DNA of 64,000 nucleotides from Octopus sinensis. Taxonomy: Eukaryota. Below the pieces are notes generated by a model. The model did no database searches. It was not told the DNA's origin and worked only from the letters and a program-made list of their open reading frames with translations. Position numbers and translations under genes: made by a program. Numbering within the stretch: the first letter of the stretch is position 1; each line of letters opens with the position of its first letter. The DNA lies in contig NC_043017.1 in assembly GCF_006345805.1 (NCBI RefSeq), forward strand, positions 12,276,001 through 12,340,000, given 5' to 3'. Positions 1 through 13,947 of this stretch are shown one piece after another.

Positions 1-414
1 TCATTTCATGTCCATCTAAAACTTTGATGTAAGATGTTGTATATAGGCACATGTGTGTGTGTGTGTGTGTGGCTGTGTGTTTACTGTTGCATCTGTGCAT
101 ATATATAAAGCATTGCATGTGTGTATGTAGTGTTGCAAGTATGCGTATGTAGTGTATGTGTTTGTAATGTTATGTGCGTATGTGTGCGTGCTTGTAGAGT
201 AGAACATAGATGTTAAAAGATGATGGCTCATCCTCATTTAACGTCTATTTTCCATGCTGGCATGGGTTAGACTGTTTGACTGGGATTGGTAAGCCAGAGA
301 GTTGCAACAGGTTTCAGCTGTCTGTTTTGGCTTGATTTCTGCGGCTGGATGCCCTTCCTAACGCCAACCACTTTACAGAGCGTACTGCGTGTGTATGAAT
401 ATTGTGTGTGTTTA

Positions 415-1560
415 TGAGGGTTGGTTGGAAAAAGTCATAGGTTGACCCAGATATTCCAAGGTATTTTTTTTCAACATAGTCCCCGATGTGGTCCACACAC
501 TTCTTCCATTGATGTTGCTGTGCTTGGATCCCATTGGTGAAGATCCTTTCATCCTTTTGGTAAAAAAAAAAAAGTCATCCACAGCAGATATGTCATCATC
601 AATGTTTTAAGGGTTCCCAACCAAGTGTTTTTTTTTGTTTTTTTCATGTTGGGGAGCAGGTGATAGTCAGATGTGGCCAAATCCGGAGAATAGGGACAGT
701 AATCAACCAATTCAAAACTACAGTCATACACAGCAGTCATTGAAACCAAGGAATTGTGTGCTGGAGCGTTCCCTTGATGAATCAAGACCCCTTTCATCAG
801 TTTTCCTGGGCGTTTGGTCTTGATAGCCTTTCATAACTGCCCCTGCAAGTTGGCATACTACTCTTCATCGATGGTGGTGGCCCTTTTGAAGATAGTCAAT
901 AGACACAATGCCTTCTGCATTCCAGAAAACTGATGCCATCACCTTCCCTGCAGATGAGATGGCATTCGCCTTCTTTGGAGGGATGATTCCACTGCATAGA
1001 TTGTCTCTTTGTCTCTGAAGTTAATAATCAATCTCTGTTAGGAAATATTCAAGGAAACCAGCAGGATTTGCCTCAAACAATGTCAGATTTTCCTGTGATG
1101 TGATCAACCTGGTGTGCTTTTAATCAGGTGTCCTCACTCCCAAGATATGCTAAAAACATTGGCTCAATCACCTGTCATCCATCAGCATGCGGTGAACATG
1201 ATCAATGTTTTCCTCGGTGGTGGCAGTTGCAGGATGTCCAAACCTTGGCTCATCTTCCATACTCTCCCTTCCCCTCCTAAATTCAGCTGCTCACTTTTGC
1301 ACTGTTCATAAAGCTGGAGCGTCATCTAATACAGCAGCTATGTCAGCATGAATGCTGTTGGGGGCTAAACTCTTTTTCTTACAGGTACTTGATAACATCA
1401 TGACGCTAAATCTTGTCCATTTTCAAGAGAAGTAGCTACTTGCTAGTTTTGAAGTCTTTGAAGAGTCAGATGCCTATCTTACCTGGAAAGAAACAAAGAA
1501 ATTATCAATAGGAGTTGAAATGCGTACAAGATTTCACAGCCCTAACACCACTCTTTTATG
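415..1560 (-). mobile_element. Decayed mariner (D,D34D-type) transposon
   Basis: Transposase remnant HQGNAPAH...PYSPDLATSDYHLLP; TA + TIR tgagggttgg..aaaagtcatagg at 415; homologous to the 35049-36204 copy. Confidence 0.85.
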
Positions 1561-2561
1561 CTTGTGGAGTGGAACATAGATGTTAAATGGTGATGGATCA
1601 TCCTCATTTAATGTCCGTTTTCCATGCTGGCATGGGGTTGGACAGTTTGACCGGAGCTGATAAGGCTGGGGGGGGGGGGAACACACTAGGCTACATTGGT
1701 TGTTTTGGCATGGTTTTTATGGCTGGATGCCCTTCCTAATGCCAACCACTTTACAGAGGTTACTGGGTGCTTGTTATGTGGCACCAGCACTGGTATCAAT
1801 TCTGCTGTGGTGGACGGGTTTTTTGGTGTACAACAACGTGCCAAATATGTGTATGTACATTATGTGTGTGTGTGTGTGTGTGTGTAAATAGCAAAATGAT
1901 TCATACAGCCAGGTTTGTGATGATGGAGGTAAGTTTTAGAGGAAGATGTTGCTTAACAAAACAAAACATAAAACATAAAAAAACAGAAAGAGAAATCATT
2001 ATCTATCATTGACTGGCGGTGTTGTGTTACCTCCTTGTTAGGGTTATTATGTATATAAACTTTTGAATACTAACACACACACATCACTTTACATATACAG
2101 ACAGAACACTATGCACATACACTCTCCACACATTCTACACACACATGCAGTGTCCCCCCTCCATGCAGCAATCTACGTATGTAACACTGCACACACATAC
2201 ACACACATACATACAGTGCACATAATTACATTGTACATATATATATACAATATATATATATACACCACACTGCAAATGTACATACAATACTCTACATGCA
2301 TGTGCACATGTAACATGCTACACACACACACTAACACAAAACACTATACATACACATGCAATACTCTAGACATACACATGCTATACATATACTGCACACA
2401 TACACACACACATCAGTCTACAAGTACACAATCTGCATGCGTGCTCAGTCTCTCTCTCTCTCTCTCTCTCCACACATATCAATTTATGTATGAATGGACA
2501 CATCACTCAATAAACACACACCCTCACGTTCATCAGAACTGCCCTTTTATATTGTTTGAAC

Positions 2562-3101
2562 CAGTGGTTCTCAAACTTAGTCCATATGATCCCTGGGGTG
2601 TCCATGTAAGACTTTTGGGAATCTACTGTAGTATTTTAACCCTTTAGTGTTCAGATTACTCTGTTAAATGTAATACTTTTTCACTCAAATTGTTTTGAAT
2701 TAATCCTGGATCATCTTACAGCTCTGAGGTTTCAATGATGAGATTACTTATTTTCAGAATGGCATTGTAGGTTAGGTGTGAGAGGCTAGACATCGCGAGT
2801 TTGAATATAAAACATGTAGAATATATTGGGCCAGATTTGGCCAGTTTAAACACTAAAGGGTTAAGGGTTCATGAAAAAAATTTTGTTTTTACGGCAAGAA
2901 ACAGCTAGGTTTCTTTCTCTAGGGTTTTACACAGTTAAACCCACACAAGTTAATGTGTGGAAAACAAAAATAAGAATTTCGGAAGAAGCTTCTGCAAAAC
3001 TAGTTTTTAGACATTGAATGGTTATGGGAGTCCACAGTTAAATAGTAATAAATATATATATATATAGGGTCCATAAATGCAAAAATATTTGAGAACCACT
3101 T
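2562..3101. mobile_element. hAT (Charlie-like) MITE with a nested piggyBac-like MITE (2640-2860)
   Basis: TIR cagtggttctcaaa / tttgagaaccact; degenerate 8-bp TSD; nested element flanked by TTAA. Confidence 0.7.
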
Positions 3102-3138
3102 GTTCAAACCATACTGACATTTAACCTCCCTGTGTGTC

Positions 3139-3169
<31 letters not shown>

Positions 3170-3369
3170 AAGTGTTATACAAGACAACCTCAGAATAGTT
3201 GTGATAGAGTAAGATGGTTTTGTGCCAAAGTGATAGGTTTTAAATACTGTCTGTGGGTTTGTCATTATTTTTCTGTCTCATCATTTTCTACATATGTATG
3301 TATGTATGTATGTGTTTATGTGTGGGCATGAGCATACACCTGTGTATGTGTGTGTGTATGTATGTATGT

Positions 3370-3495
3370 ATGTATGTATATATATATATATATATATTGT
3401 ACATACGTCTATTTGTATGTATTTATGTATATACTTGAATATTCTTATTTACTTATACAGACTGTCTCTTTCACACACATGCAGACAACATGCAC

Positions 3496-3537
<42 letters not shown>

Positions 3538-4485
3538 CCTGCTTGCTTAGCCAGCGGGGTGGCGTCATTCGAAGGCTAAAACAATGCGAACGCATTGTGA
3601 CCAGCGATGTGTAACAACATCTGATGGTCTGGTCAGTCACGTGATCAATTGTATATAAAATAAAATACAAAATAGGACAAGAACGTAAAACATCCGGACA
3701 ACTTGGTGATACAAAAGGGGACAACAAAACATCCAGATAGACGATACAAAAAAAACACGGACGGGTCATTCGAAGCCTTTTATCTTCAGTCAAGAACTGG
3801 ATCATCCTCACAATTTCGGCTGATTACTCTTGTAGTATAATTGTAGTTCCATCAAAGTGATTTGTCTGTCCCTCCTATGAAGGAACAGAGCCAATATATA
3901 TACACACACATCATCTTATATGGTCAGTTATTTTTGTTCAGCCATCTAACCGTACACTTACCCCCCACCAACACAGGTATTAAGTTCATCTATTGCATGT
4001 ATAAAAAAACGTGACCCTTAAATCCTGTGGTGTGTGGTAAGTTATTAGCATGGCTGCAGATGGTCTTGTCCCTGCTTTGGTTACTACTGACAACACCAAA
4101 TTGGGCCAAGATCCAGTCCCATCTTATGCCAGTAGACACAGATTCATTATGCATATGCATGCATACACACACACACACACATGTAAGGTGTGTGTGTGTG
4201 TGTATGTATATATATATTGGCGTTAGGAAGGGCATCCAGCTGTAGAAACATTGCCAGATAAGACTGGAGCCTGGTGCAGCCTTCTGGCTTCCCAGATCCC
4301 CAGTCGAACCGTCCAACCCATGCTAGCATGGAGAACGGACGTTAAACGACGATGATGATGATATATATATTATATATATATATATATTGTACATACGTCT
4401 ATTTGTATGTATTTATGTATATACTTGAATATTCTTATTTACTTATACAGACTGTCTCTTTCACACACATGCAGACAACATGCAC

Positions 4486-4521
<36 letters not shown>

Positions 4522-5343
4522 CCTGCTTGCTTAGCCAGCGGGGTGGCGTCATTCAAAGGCTAAAACAATGCGAACGCATTGTGACCAGCGATGTGTAACA
4601 ACATCTGATGGTCTGGTCAGTCACGTGATCAATTGTATATAAAATAAAATACAAAATAGGACAAGAACGTAAAACATCCGGACAACTTGGTGATACAAAA
4701 GGGGACAACAAAACATCCAGATAGACGATACAAAAAAAACACGGATGGGTCATTCGAAGCCTTTTATCTTCAGTCAAGAACTGGATCATCCTCACAATTT
4801 CGGCTGATTACTCTTGTAGTATAATTGTAGTTCCATCAAAGTGATTTGTCTGTCCCTCCTATGAAGGAACAGAGCCAAATATATATACACACACATCATC
4901 TTATATGGTCAGTTATTTTTGTTCAGCCATCTAACCGTACACTTACCCCCCACCAACACAGGTATTAAGTTCATCTATTGCATGTATAAAAAAACGTGAC
5001 CCTTAAATCCTGTGGTGTGTGGTAAGTTATTAGCATGGCTGCAGATGGTCTTGTCCCTGCTTTGGTTACTACTGACAACACCAAATTGGGCCAAGATCCA
5101 GTCCCATCTTATGCCAGTAGACACAGATTCATTATGCATATGCATGCATACACACACACACACACATGTAAGGTGTGTGTGTGTGTGTATGTATATATAT
5201 ATTGGCGTTAGGAAGGGCATCCAGCTGTAGAAACATTGCCAGATAAGACTGGAGCCTGGTGCAGCCTTCTGGCTTCTCAGATCCCCAGTCGAACCGTCCA
5301 ACCCATGCTAGCATGGAGAACGGACGTTAAACGACGATGATGA

Positions 5344-5345
<2 letters not shown>
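3370..5345. repeat. Near-identical tandem duplication, unit ~985-990 bp
   Basis: gtacatacgtctatttg at 3399 and 4389; only ~4 non-microsatellite differences noticed. Confidence 0.92.
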
Positions 5346-5384
<39 letters not shown>

Positions 5385-5492
5385 GGACAAAAGTCCCAAA
5401 GTTTAGCTGCACATATTGCAATTTGTGCATGTAATCTGGTGACTTCTGCTGTCGCACCAACTGCATTATACTTCGACTTCGTATTCCCACCC

Positions 5493-5537
<45 letters not shown>

Positions 5538-5749
5538 TATATTTGTGAGGTGGGGGTCATATTTTGCCAATTAAACACAAGTACTATTGTGTATGTGTTC
5601 AATTAGCAAAATATGACTATTCTGAAATATAACAATATCTGATTCAACACGATTTCACATCAAGAATCTTTCAAAACAGACACACACACACACACATACA
5701 TACATGTTGAGTGCTTCTTTCTCTCGTTTATCCACTCACCCGTGTATGT

Positions 5750-5782
<33 letters not shown>

Positions 5783-7429
5783 GTGTCGGTGGCACGTAAA
5801 AAGCACCATCCAAATTGTGGCCGAAGCCAGTGCCACCTCGACTGGCTTCCGTGCAGGTGGCACGTAAAATGCACCAATCCGACCGTGGCCAATGCCGGCC
5901 TCGCCTGGCACCAGTGCAGGTGGCACGTAAAAAGCACCCACTACACTCACGGAGTGGTTGGTGTTAGGTAGGGCATCCAGCTGTAGAAACATTGCCAGAT
6001 AAGACCGGAGCCTGGTGCAGCCTTCTGGCTTCCCAGATCCCCGGTCGAACCGTCCAACCCATACTAGCATGGAGAACGGACGTTAAACGATGATGATGAT
6101 ATATATATATATATATATATATATAACATGGGTGAGTGGACAAACAAAAGAGGCACTCAACACATTCAGTAGGGGTTACAAATATTATTTAAAACCTTTT
6201 GATTTTGGGCCCTATGGACTTAGTTTTTGGGCTTCCTGCAGAAACCTGATCGTTAGGCTCAGTTAATCAACCCCAATGAGCTAGGGCTCTCTAAGAGGCC
6301 AACAAAACCTTAAGTGGCATGGGGCTAAATCAAACTGATTTGAATAATAATGAGATATATGTATGTATGTGTGTGTGTGTGTGTGGTGTGTGTATGTATG
6401 TATATATTTAACACATATGAATACATATTTGTGCGCATAAATACACACAACATATTGTAGTTGCTGTGTGATGTCCTTGGCTGTGGTGATCAAAATAAAC
6501 TAATGAATGTACACACACACACACACACAATAAGTAGTCTGAAAAGCCCCATGATGAAGAGCATAAAAATGAACTTTAGCCCCCTCTTAACATCATCTCT
6601 TATTCTCCTGGTCCCTTCCTCTCACTCTCGTGATCCCTTTTTGTTCCACCTAAACGATTTGTCTGTCCATCCTATGAAGGAAGGAACAAGGCAAAAAAGA
6701 TAAATAAAAATTTACTCTGATACCACCACCACCACCACCACCCTCACATTACACCACCACCCATACACCCTCAGAATTCTTTACCTGTTGTTGTCACCAT
6801 CACCACCACCACCACCACGATCTGACCTCCTCGTCTCTCATACACATCCCCCATACATACATACAAACATAGATAAATGCACATGTAGTAGACACATCCG
6901 TCAATCTCCATAGGCCAGTCATCATATAAACAAACAAAACAGACAATCTCCTCCTTGTCCTCCTCTTCTTCTTCCTCCTACTCTGTCCCAACCTCATCAA
7001 TTCATGTTGCCTGTTTTTGTTTGTTTGTTAGTTTTTTTGTTTGTTGTTATTGTTGTTTTGTTGTTTACCCCCCATGCCCCTCTCCCTCTTTCCTGTCTCT
7101 GATAAAAAAAAAAACAAAAAAATTCATTGAAATCGTTTACTAGTTTTGTTTGTTGTTTTTTTTTTGCTTTTCTTCTCTTATTTGATGTTTTTTTTTTTAT
7201 TGAGAGAATTCAGGAAAACCAAAGAACTTTCGTCATCAAGACATAGAACTAAAATACCTTTTTACATGACTGTTGCCATGCTGGAGCACTGCCTTGAAAT
7301 TCTAATCAAGCAAATTGATCCCAGTATTTATTTTTTAAAAACCTAGCACTTATTCTATTGGTCTCTTTTGCCAAACCTCTAAGTTACAGGGGATGTAAAT
7401 ACACCAACACTGGTTGTCGAGTGGTGGGG

Positions 7430-7479
<50 letters not shown>

Positions 7480-7526
7480 TATATATATATATATTACACA
7501 CACTATATATATATATATATATACAT

Positions 7527-7559
<33 letters not shown>

Positions 7560-7562
7560 CAT

Positions 7563-7595
<33 letters not shown>

Positions 7596-7629
7596 CATAC
7601 ACACACATATACACAGACGTATGTATATA

Positions 7630-7990
7630 AGGTGCAGGAGTGGCTGTGTGGTAAGTAGCTTGCTTACCTACCATATGGTTCTGGGTTCAGTCCCACTGCG
7701 TGGCATCTTGGGCAAGTGTCTTCTACTATAGCCTTGGGCTGACAAAGCCTTGTGAGTGGATTTGATAGACGGAAACTGAAAGAAGCTTGTCGGATATATG
7801 TGTGTATGTGTCCTCAACATGGCTTGACAACCGATGCTGGTGTGTTTATGTCCCCGTAACTTAGCGATTCGGCAAAAGAGACTTATAGCACTAGTACTGG
7901 GCTTACAAAGAATAGGTCCCGGAGTTGATTTGCTCAACTAAAGGCGATGCTCCAGCATGGCTGCAGTCAAATGACTGAAACAAGTAAAAG
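7630..7990 (+). mobile_element. tRNA-derived SINE family C (CORE-like segment, internal microsatellite)
   Basis: gtggctgtgtggtaag...ggttcagtccc head; (c/t)ttgggcaagtgtctt resembles the CORE-SINE core. Further copies at ~8763-9030, 10815-10970, 15400-15795, 19320-19585, 22585-23020, 25010-25145, 30810-31190, 31480-31605, 59625-59980. Confidence 0.8.
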
Positions 7991-8069
7991 AGTATACAAC
8001 AGATACATATACACACACACACACGTATGTGTGTGTGTGAGTGTATATATATATATATGTATGTATGTA

Positions 8070-8395
8070 TAGAAAATATAAAAATACAAAATGGGACAAG
8101 AACGCAAAACATTCAAATAGACGACACAAAAAACGGATGGGTCATTTGAAGCCTCTAATCTTCAGTCAAGAACCGGATCATCCTCGCAATTTCGGCTGAT
8201 TAATCTTGAGATCACTCCAATCCGGCCAGCCCCAAGGAAAAACTAAGCTAAGCGCATTAGATTTCTTGGAAAAAGGATCGAATGTATACGAAACAAAGAC
8301 AGAAAAACGGACGATGCCACACGAATATAAATACAAAAAACAATAATAATAAAAACAGGACAAAAGCAACAGGTGTCTTTCGACTATATATATAT
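8070..8395 (-). mobile_element. Penelope-like terminal fragment (also ~3655-3830 and ~4640-4815)
   Basis: Shared repeat with CTGAAGA...(C)GAA motif on -, but a non-canonical hammerhead core. Confidence 0.35.
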
Positions 8396-9693
8396 ATATG
8401 TATGTATGTATGTATAAAAACACACACACATATATATATATACACACACACACACAGCATATACTCCGACTGAAAAACCCTGGAAGAAAGCATTCAAGAC
8501 TGGTTCTGTTGGACATCAAAACCAGCAGCAATGGTAACAGACCTGCTTGAAATAACAGCTCAGATTTCTCTCAAAAATCATTCCTGTCTATCTTGATTGA
8601 TGTTAAATGTATATCCAATACCAGAAAGTCTCACACATGAATGAAACAAACAACACTTGAACCAGATTCACTGAAAGCCAAGATTAAAATTTAGTTTGCC
8701 CGTGTTGTTCCAGACTACATTGATTCTGCCTTGATCTATACAAGCACTGTCCACTACAGGAACAGCTGTGTGGTAACAAAGTTGCTTTCCAACTACATGG
8801 TTGTGGGTTCAATCCCACTGTGTGGCACCTTGAGCAAGTGTCTTCCACTATAGCTTCAGGCCAACCAAAACCTTGTGAATGGATTTGGTCGACAGAAACT
8901 GAAAGAAGCCTGTTGTGCGTGTGTGTCTACATGTGTGTATTAGACCCCTTTCTTCCCCTGCAGTTTGACAACCAGTGTTGGTGTGTTTACGTCCCTGTAA
9001 TTTAACAGTTTGGTAAACATTACTAAGAATGTATGCAACAAGTGTTAAACTAAAGGTCTGAAAGCTCCTTGGATGTTCAGGGAAAGTGATGAAAATGCTT
9101 TGGACAGGCAAAGGGTTAATTCACTCTGGTATATATTTCAGCGGAATCTATTTATCGAACCTCTAAGTTACAGTTTTAAAGCGGACTACACATTAAATCA
9201 GACGACACTGTTGTAAGGGAGATAACTGCTGTTGGCTAAGATTATACTTTTATAGGCGATCATTTAAGGGAAGAAGTTGGTTTTGTGCATAAAATTGCAT
9301 TCAACGATAATTCAAGCTACACTAACTTTGTTTTCTTAATAAAAATGAAAGAAAGGATAAATTCGATAATTCAGTCTTGGATATATTTGAATTAGAAGTG
9401 GGGAAAAAATAACAAAAGTAATCACGTTTGCAATGAAATATCGACAGTCATTTAATCTTGTAGCAGTTACTTCCCTTAGCTGGGAATAACGCTGTCGTAT
9501 CTTCCTTAAGTGAAATTCTTATTAGCACCAGCCCCGTCTTAATCTTGCCGATCTAATTATTTTTTAAAGCTTTGCCTGCTAAAAAGCATTTTCATAAGCT
9601 TGTTCTAAACTTCCATGCTTGTTTTCAGACTTTTACTTAGCCCTTCTGAGTAAAGCTTTCCTGTCAATCAGTCCCAAATTAATGTACGAAGCC

Positions 9694-10078
9694 TGGAGGT
9701 GCAATGGCCCAGTGGTTAGGGCAGCGGACTCGCGGTCGTAGGATCGCGGTTTCGATTCCCAGATCGGGTGTTGTGAGTGTTTATTGAGCGAAAACACCTA
9801 AAGCTTCACGAGGCTCCTGCAGGGGGTGGTGGTGAACCCTGCTGTACTCTTTCACCACAACTTTCTCTCACTCTTTCTTCCTGTTTCTGTTGTACCTGTA
9901 TTTCAAAGGGCCAGCCTTGTCACACTCTGTGTCACGCTGAATCTCCCCGAGAACTACGTTAAGGGTACACGTGTCTGTGGAGTGCTCAGCCACTTACACG
10001 TTAATTCCACGAGCAAGCTGTTCCGTTGATCGTATCAGCTGGGACCCTCATCGTCGTAACCGACGGAGTGCTCCTCAG
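9694..10078 (+). mobile_element. tRNA-derived SINE family A, full length
   Basis: A box tggcccagtgg, B box ggtttcgattccc; 12-bp TSD atgtacgaagcc. Confidence 0.92.
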
Positions 10079-10124
10079 ATGTACGAAGCCAAACAAATAC
10101 GTCCTGTGTATGTCTCTCTTTATC

Positions 10125-10700
10125 TGTCTGTCTGTCATTATTCAGTTTATTTCAAGATTTCTTGCCAATAGAGAAAGAATTGGTTTCTAACCTAGATCCA
10201 AGGCTCCTTCATTGGAATTTCAACATCAACAACGGGGTATGTATGTATGTGCATATTTGTATGTTTTATGTATGTATTCTCATGCATAGAGTTACATATC
10301 TAAACATGCTCATATACATTTAAATGATAAACGCCTGGAAAGCTTTAGAGATATTTACAATTCCAATGATGGATTGAATCTGTAGTCTTCGAATTAGCTT
10401 TCTGGTTTTGAGAAGCCTAATTTCTCAAGGTTGGTATTTAGGCAGTGTGTTACGTATCCCAGTGCCCCAATAATTACAGGTATAAACCTGAACTTGTAAT
10501 CTGGATAGAGTAACAGCAGATTCCTCAATAGTTCAGCATAGGTGTTCTCTTTTTCACTGATCTTCAGCTTTATGTTAACATCTGCTGGGCAGCTGACTTC
10601 CATAACTGTGCACAATTTGACTTCTCTATCCCAAATCATTATATCAGATCTGTTGTGCTTACATTTTATTGAGGTCTTCACTGGGACAGTATGTATGTAC
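10125..10700 (-). mobile_element. 3' fragment of a non-LTR retrotransposon with restriction-like endonuclease (R2/R4/NeSL/CRE group)
   Basis: HNRSDIMIWD..K.CTVMEVSCPAD.N...K..EK...Y..L......PVIIGALG (PD-D/ExK RLE pattern). Confidence 0.82.
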
Positions 10701-10721
10701 AATCTCATTGTGTATGTGTAG

Positions 10722-10754
<33 letters not shown>

Positions 10755-11289
10755 CATATATGAGTGTGTGCATGTGTATGTGTATATGTGTGTGTGTGTG
10801 TGTGTACGATGAACTTATTTCAGTTTCCGCCTGCCTAATCCACTCTCAAGTCTTTGGTCAGCTTGAAGCTATAGTAGAAGACACTTGTCCATGGCGCCAC
10901 GCAATGGGACTGAACCCAGGTTCGTGTGGTTGCGGAGCAAACTTCTTATCATTCAGCCACGCCTGCGCTTGACTCGATACAGTAATGTTCAGCCGTTGAA
11001 GATGATGATGATGATGAGAAACGTGGTGCCCGAGACTATCTTATTATGTCCATTCTTCATAACCGAAGTTTCCGCTCCATAGAGAATACTGTCATATGGA
11101 CATACTCTTGCAAAGCCGGGACTGGATGGTCACTGCAAGAACGCCTTTGATCACAGATTTAATCGATCAGAGTTGAGCTGAGGTTAAACAACAAGAACGT
11201 AGAAGTAATTAAATCAAATATGGTTTCATTAAGGATCTAATTAACCGAGATTTAGTATCAGAAAATTGTGGTTATGACTTTTCACATTA

Positions 11290-11301
11290 AATAATAATCC
11301 A

Positions 11302-11332
<31 letters not shown>

Positions 11333-12610
11333 TACCACCACAAGCAAAACCACCACCACCACAACCAAAACCACCACCACCACCACCACTGCCACCGCCG
11401 CCGCCACCACTACCACCACCACCATCACCACAACCAAAACCACTACCACCACCTTCGCCGCCGCCATCACCCACCGCCACTTCAATCTCCGCTTCCACCG
11501 CTACTACTACTACTACTATTACTAGTCATTGCTCGCCTCCACCACCATCACCAACATCATTACCACCAGCACTACTTCGCCCACGATGTCCATCACCACC
11601 ACTACCACCGCTACTACCTCCATCTCCACCACATCTACCACAAGTGCCTCTGAGCCCAAACCATCAACTCCACAGTATTCCCAACACAAATACCACCACT
11701 ACCACCAATATATAATCACTACCACCACTACTACTACCACACTTACCGCCGCCACCACCACCACCACCACCATCAGCATCACTACTACAACTATTAAGAA
11801 GAGGCGATCGCTACTTAGACCATCATCACTATCAGAAACCCCAACCATTCTCTCTACTACCACTACCACTACCACCAATACAACAATACTTTCAGTATTT
11901 CCACTACTACTACTACTACTACTACTACTGAGACCACCAACACGATGACGATTACTACAACTTCAAGACAACTGACGCCACCCCACCACTACTACCCCCA
12001 CCATCGCCACCGTCACCGCCGAATCCACCGCTGCCACGACGACGACGACCACCACGACCACCACCACCAACACCGATGTCACTACATTTTCGACATGGAC
12101 GCCATCATCGCCATCCACCAACAATGAATCAACGACGAACCAACCAACCAGCACTGAGATCACCACCGCCACCGCCACCACCACATTAAACACCGTCAAA
12201 CCACCACCACCACCACCACCACCATCGCCACCACCGCCAGCACCATCACGACCGCCACAACCACCACCACGACCGCCACCGCTACTGCCACCGCCACCAC
12301 CACATTAAACATCGTCAAACCACCACCACCACCATCGCCACCACCACCACCACCACCACCACCACCGCCAGCACCACCACCACCGCCACAACCACCCCCA
12401 CCACAACCACCACCACGACCGCCACAACCACCACCACGACCGCCACCGCTACCGCCACCGCCACCACCACATTAAACACCGTCAAACCACCACCACCACC
12501 ATCGACACCACCACCACCATCACCACCGCCACCACCGCCAGCACCACCTCCACCGCCACAACCACCACGACCGCCACAACCACCACCGCCACCACCATCA
12601 CTATTGTGCC
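11290..12610. repeat. (CCA/ACC)n-rich low-complexity satellite
   Basis: Trinucleotide tracts; higher-order motif cacattaaaca(c/t)cgtcaaacc three times; no continuous ORF. Confidence 0.9.
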
Positions 12611-12801
12611 TCTCCTATCATTGTCCTACAGTAAATATTTTTTCGAGATCAATAAATCGTTTAATTAACCTCTCGGATACTACCGTTGAATATGTGATTC
12701 CCCCAAACGGTCTTGCACCCCACCCCACACCACCTCACCACAAACACCCACAAACACAAGCACACTTATTCATACACGGCTTTGCTTCAGCTTCACTTAC
12801 T

Positions 12802-12832
<31 letters not shown>

Positions 12833-13396
12833 ATAATAATAATAATAACAATAATAATAATAATAATAATTATTATTATTATCAGTATTATGCCTTTCAT
12901 CCTTTTGGGATTGATGTTAGCTATAAGTACCAGTTGAGCCCTGGAGTCATGTTATCGATCGGCTCCCTAAACCACAGATTCAGGCCCTCGTGTCTACAGT
13001 AGAAAGGAGGTCCTAGCTTCGACAGTAGATATTCCAAAACTGAAATGATACACATAACATTATTAGCATGGCTATACGCATGGACGACACGCAAATTCAT
13101 GAAACGTTTCATATTTTAAGGTGGCGAGCTGGCAGAGTCGTTAGCACACCGGGCAAAATATTTAGTGGTAGTTCGTCTGTCTTTACGTTCCGAGTTCAAA
13201 TTCCACTGAGGTTGACTTTGCCTTTCATCCTTTCTGGGTCGATAAAATGAGCACCAGTTGAACACAGGAGTCGATGTAATCGACTTACCCGTTCTCCAGA
13301 GTACAAATATGCGAAACCTAATATACCCGCTATGATTATCCGTCTGATAAGGGTACACCAGGCACATGCATCACAACTATTGTTTGATATATTGTT

Positions 13397-13875
13397 AACT
13401 AGCAGTATTGCCCGGCTTTGCAAAATGGTCACATTTAATTTAAAGCGTTAAAAATGTTATGAAAACAATTGGTATGTGTTCACAAAGTCCAAACGATTAA
13501 TACGAAAAAACCCTCCGGGTTACATCCCGAAAATTCATTTCTTTGCCGAATTTCTACAATGTTTACGGCGATTCGTTTTTATATCTTGATTTTTTAATTT
13601 TTCATGCAATTTACGCATGCTTGCACGCGTGGTGAACACAGTTCACGTCAAACAGCTGACTGAATAAAGTTCACTATTCAATGCATGGGATAAGGTTTAA
13701 ACAAACACATTATCGATTTTTGCACTTGCGAGATGAATTTCAGAACAGAAATAGCGCAGTTCAATTTTCATTCGCCTAAACTTTAAGTGACCCAATTTTG
13801 GTGGTTCTACGATTTGTTGGCTAGGAGGAGATGTGCCGCGAAGTTAAACACACAGACACACAATGTTACTTTTTA
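13397..13875 (+). mobile_element. Helentron/DINE-1-like non-autonomous element
   Basis: Starts actagcagtattgcccggctttgc, ends acacagacacacaatgttacttttta, like the 25240-25618 element. Confidence 0.45.
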
Positions 13876-13947
13876 TGTTCAGTTACAATAAAAACGATTG
13901 AACATTAATCTGATGGATTACTGTATAATTTTGAATAGCGCAAATTT

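Noticed and set aside
2063-2647. 194-aa His/Thr/Tyr/Ile-rich ORF and many similar ORFs
   Set aside because: Products of (CA)n, (TA)n and (TATG)n microsatellites.
3755-3800. CTGAAGA...CGAA motif on - (also ~4740 and ~8140)
   Set aside because: GAAU instead of GAAA and no valid stem I or III.
9695-9770. tRNA genes
   Set aside because: All tRNA-like segments are SINE heads continuing into SINE bodies; no complete cloverleaf.
11241-12199. Gly-rich and Thr-rich mucin-like ORFs
   Set aside because: Trinucleotide satellite; no signal peptide, splice context or continuous frame.
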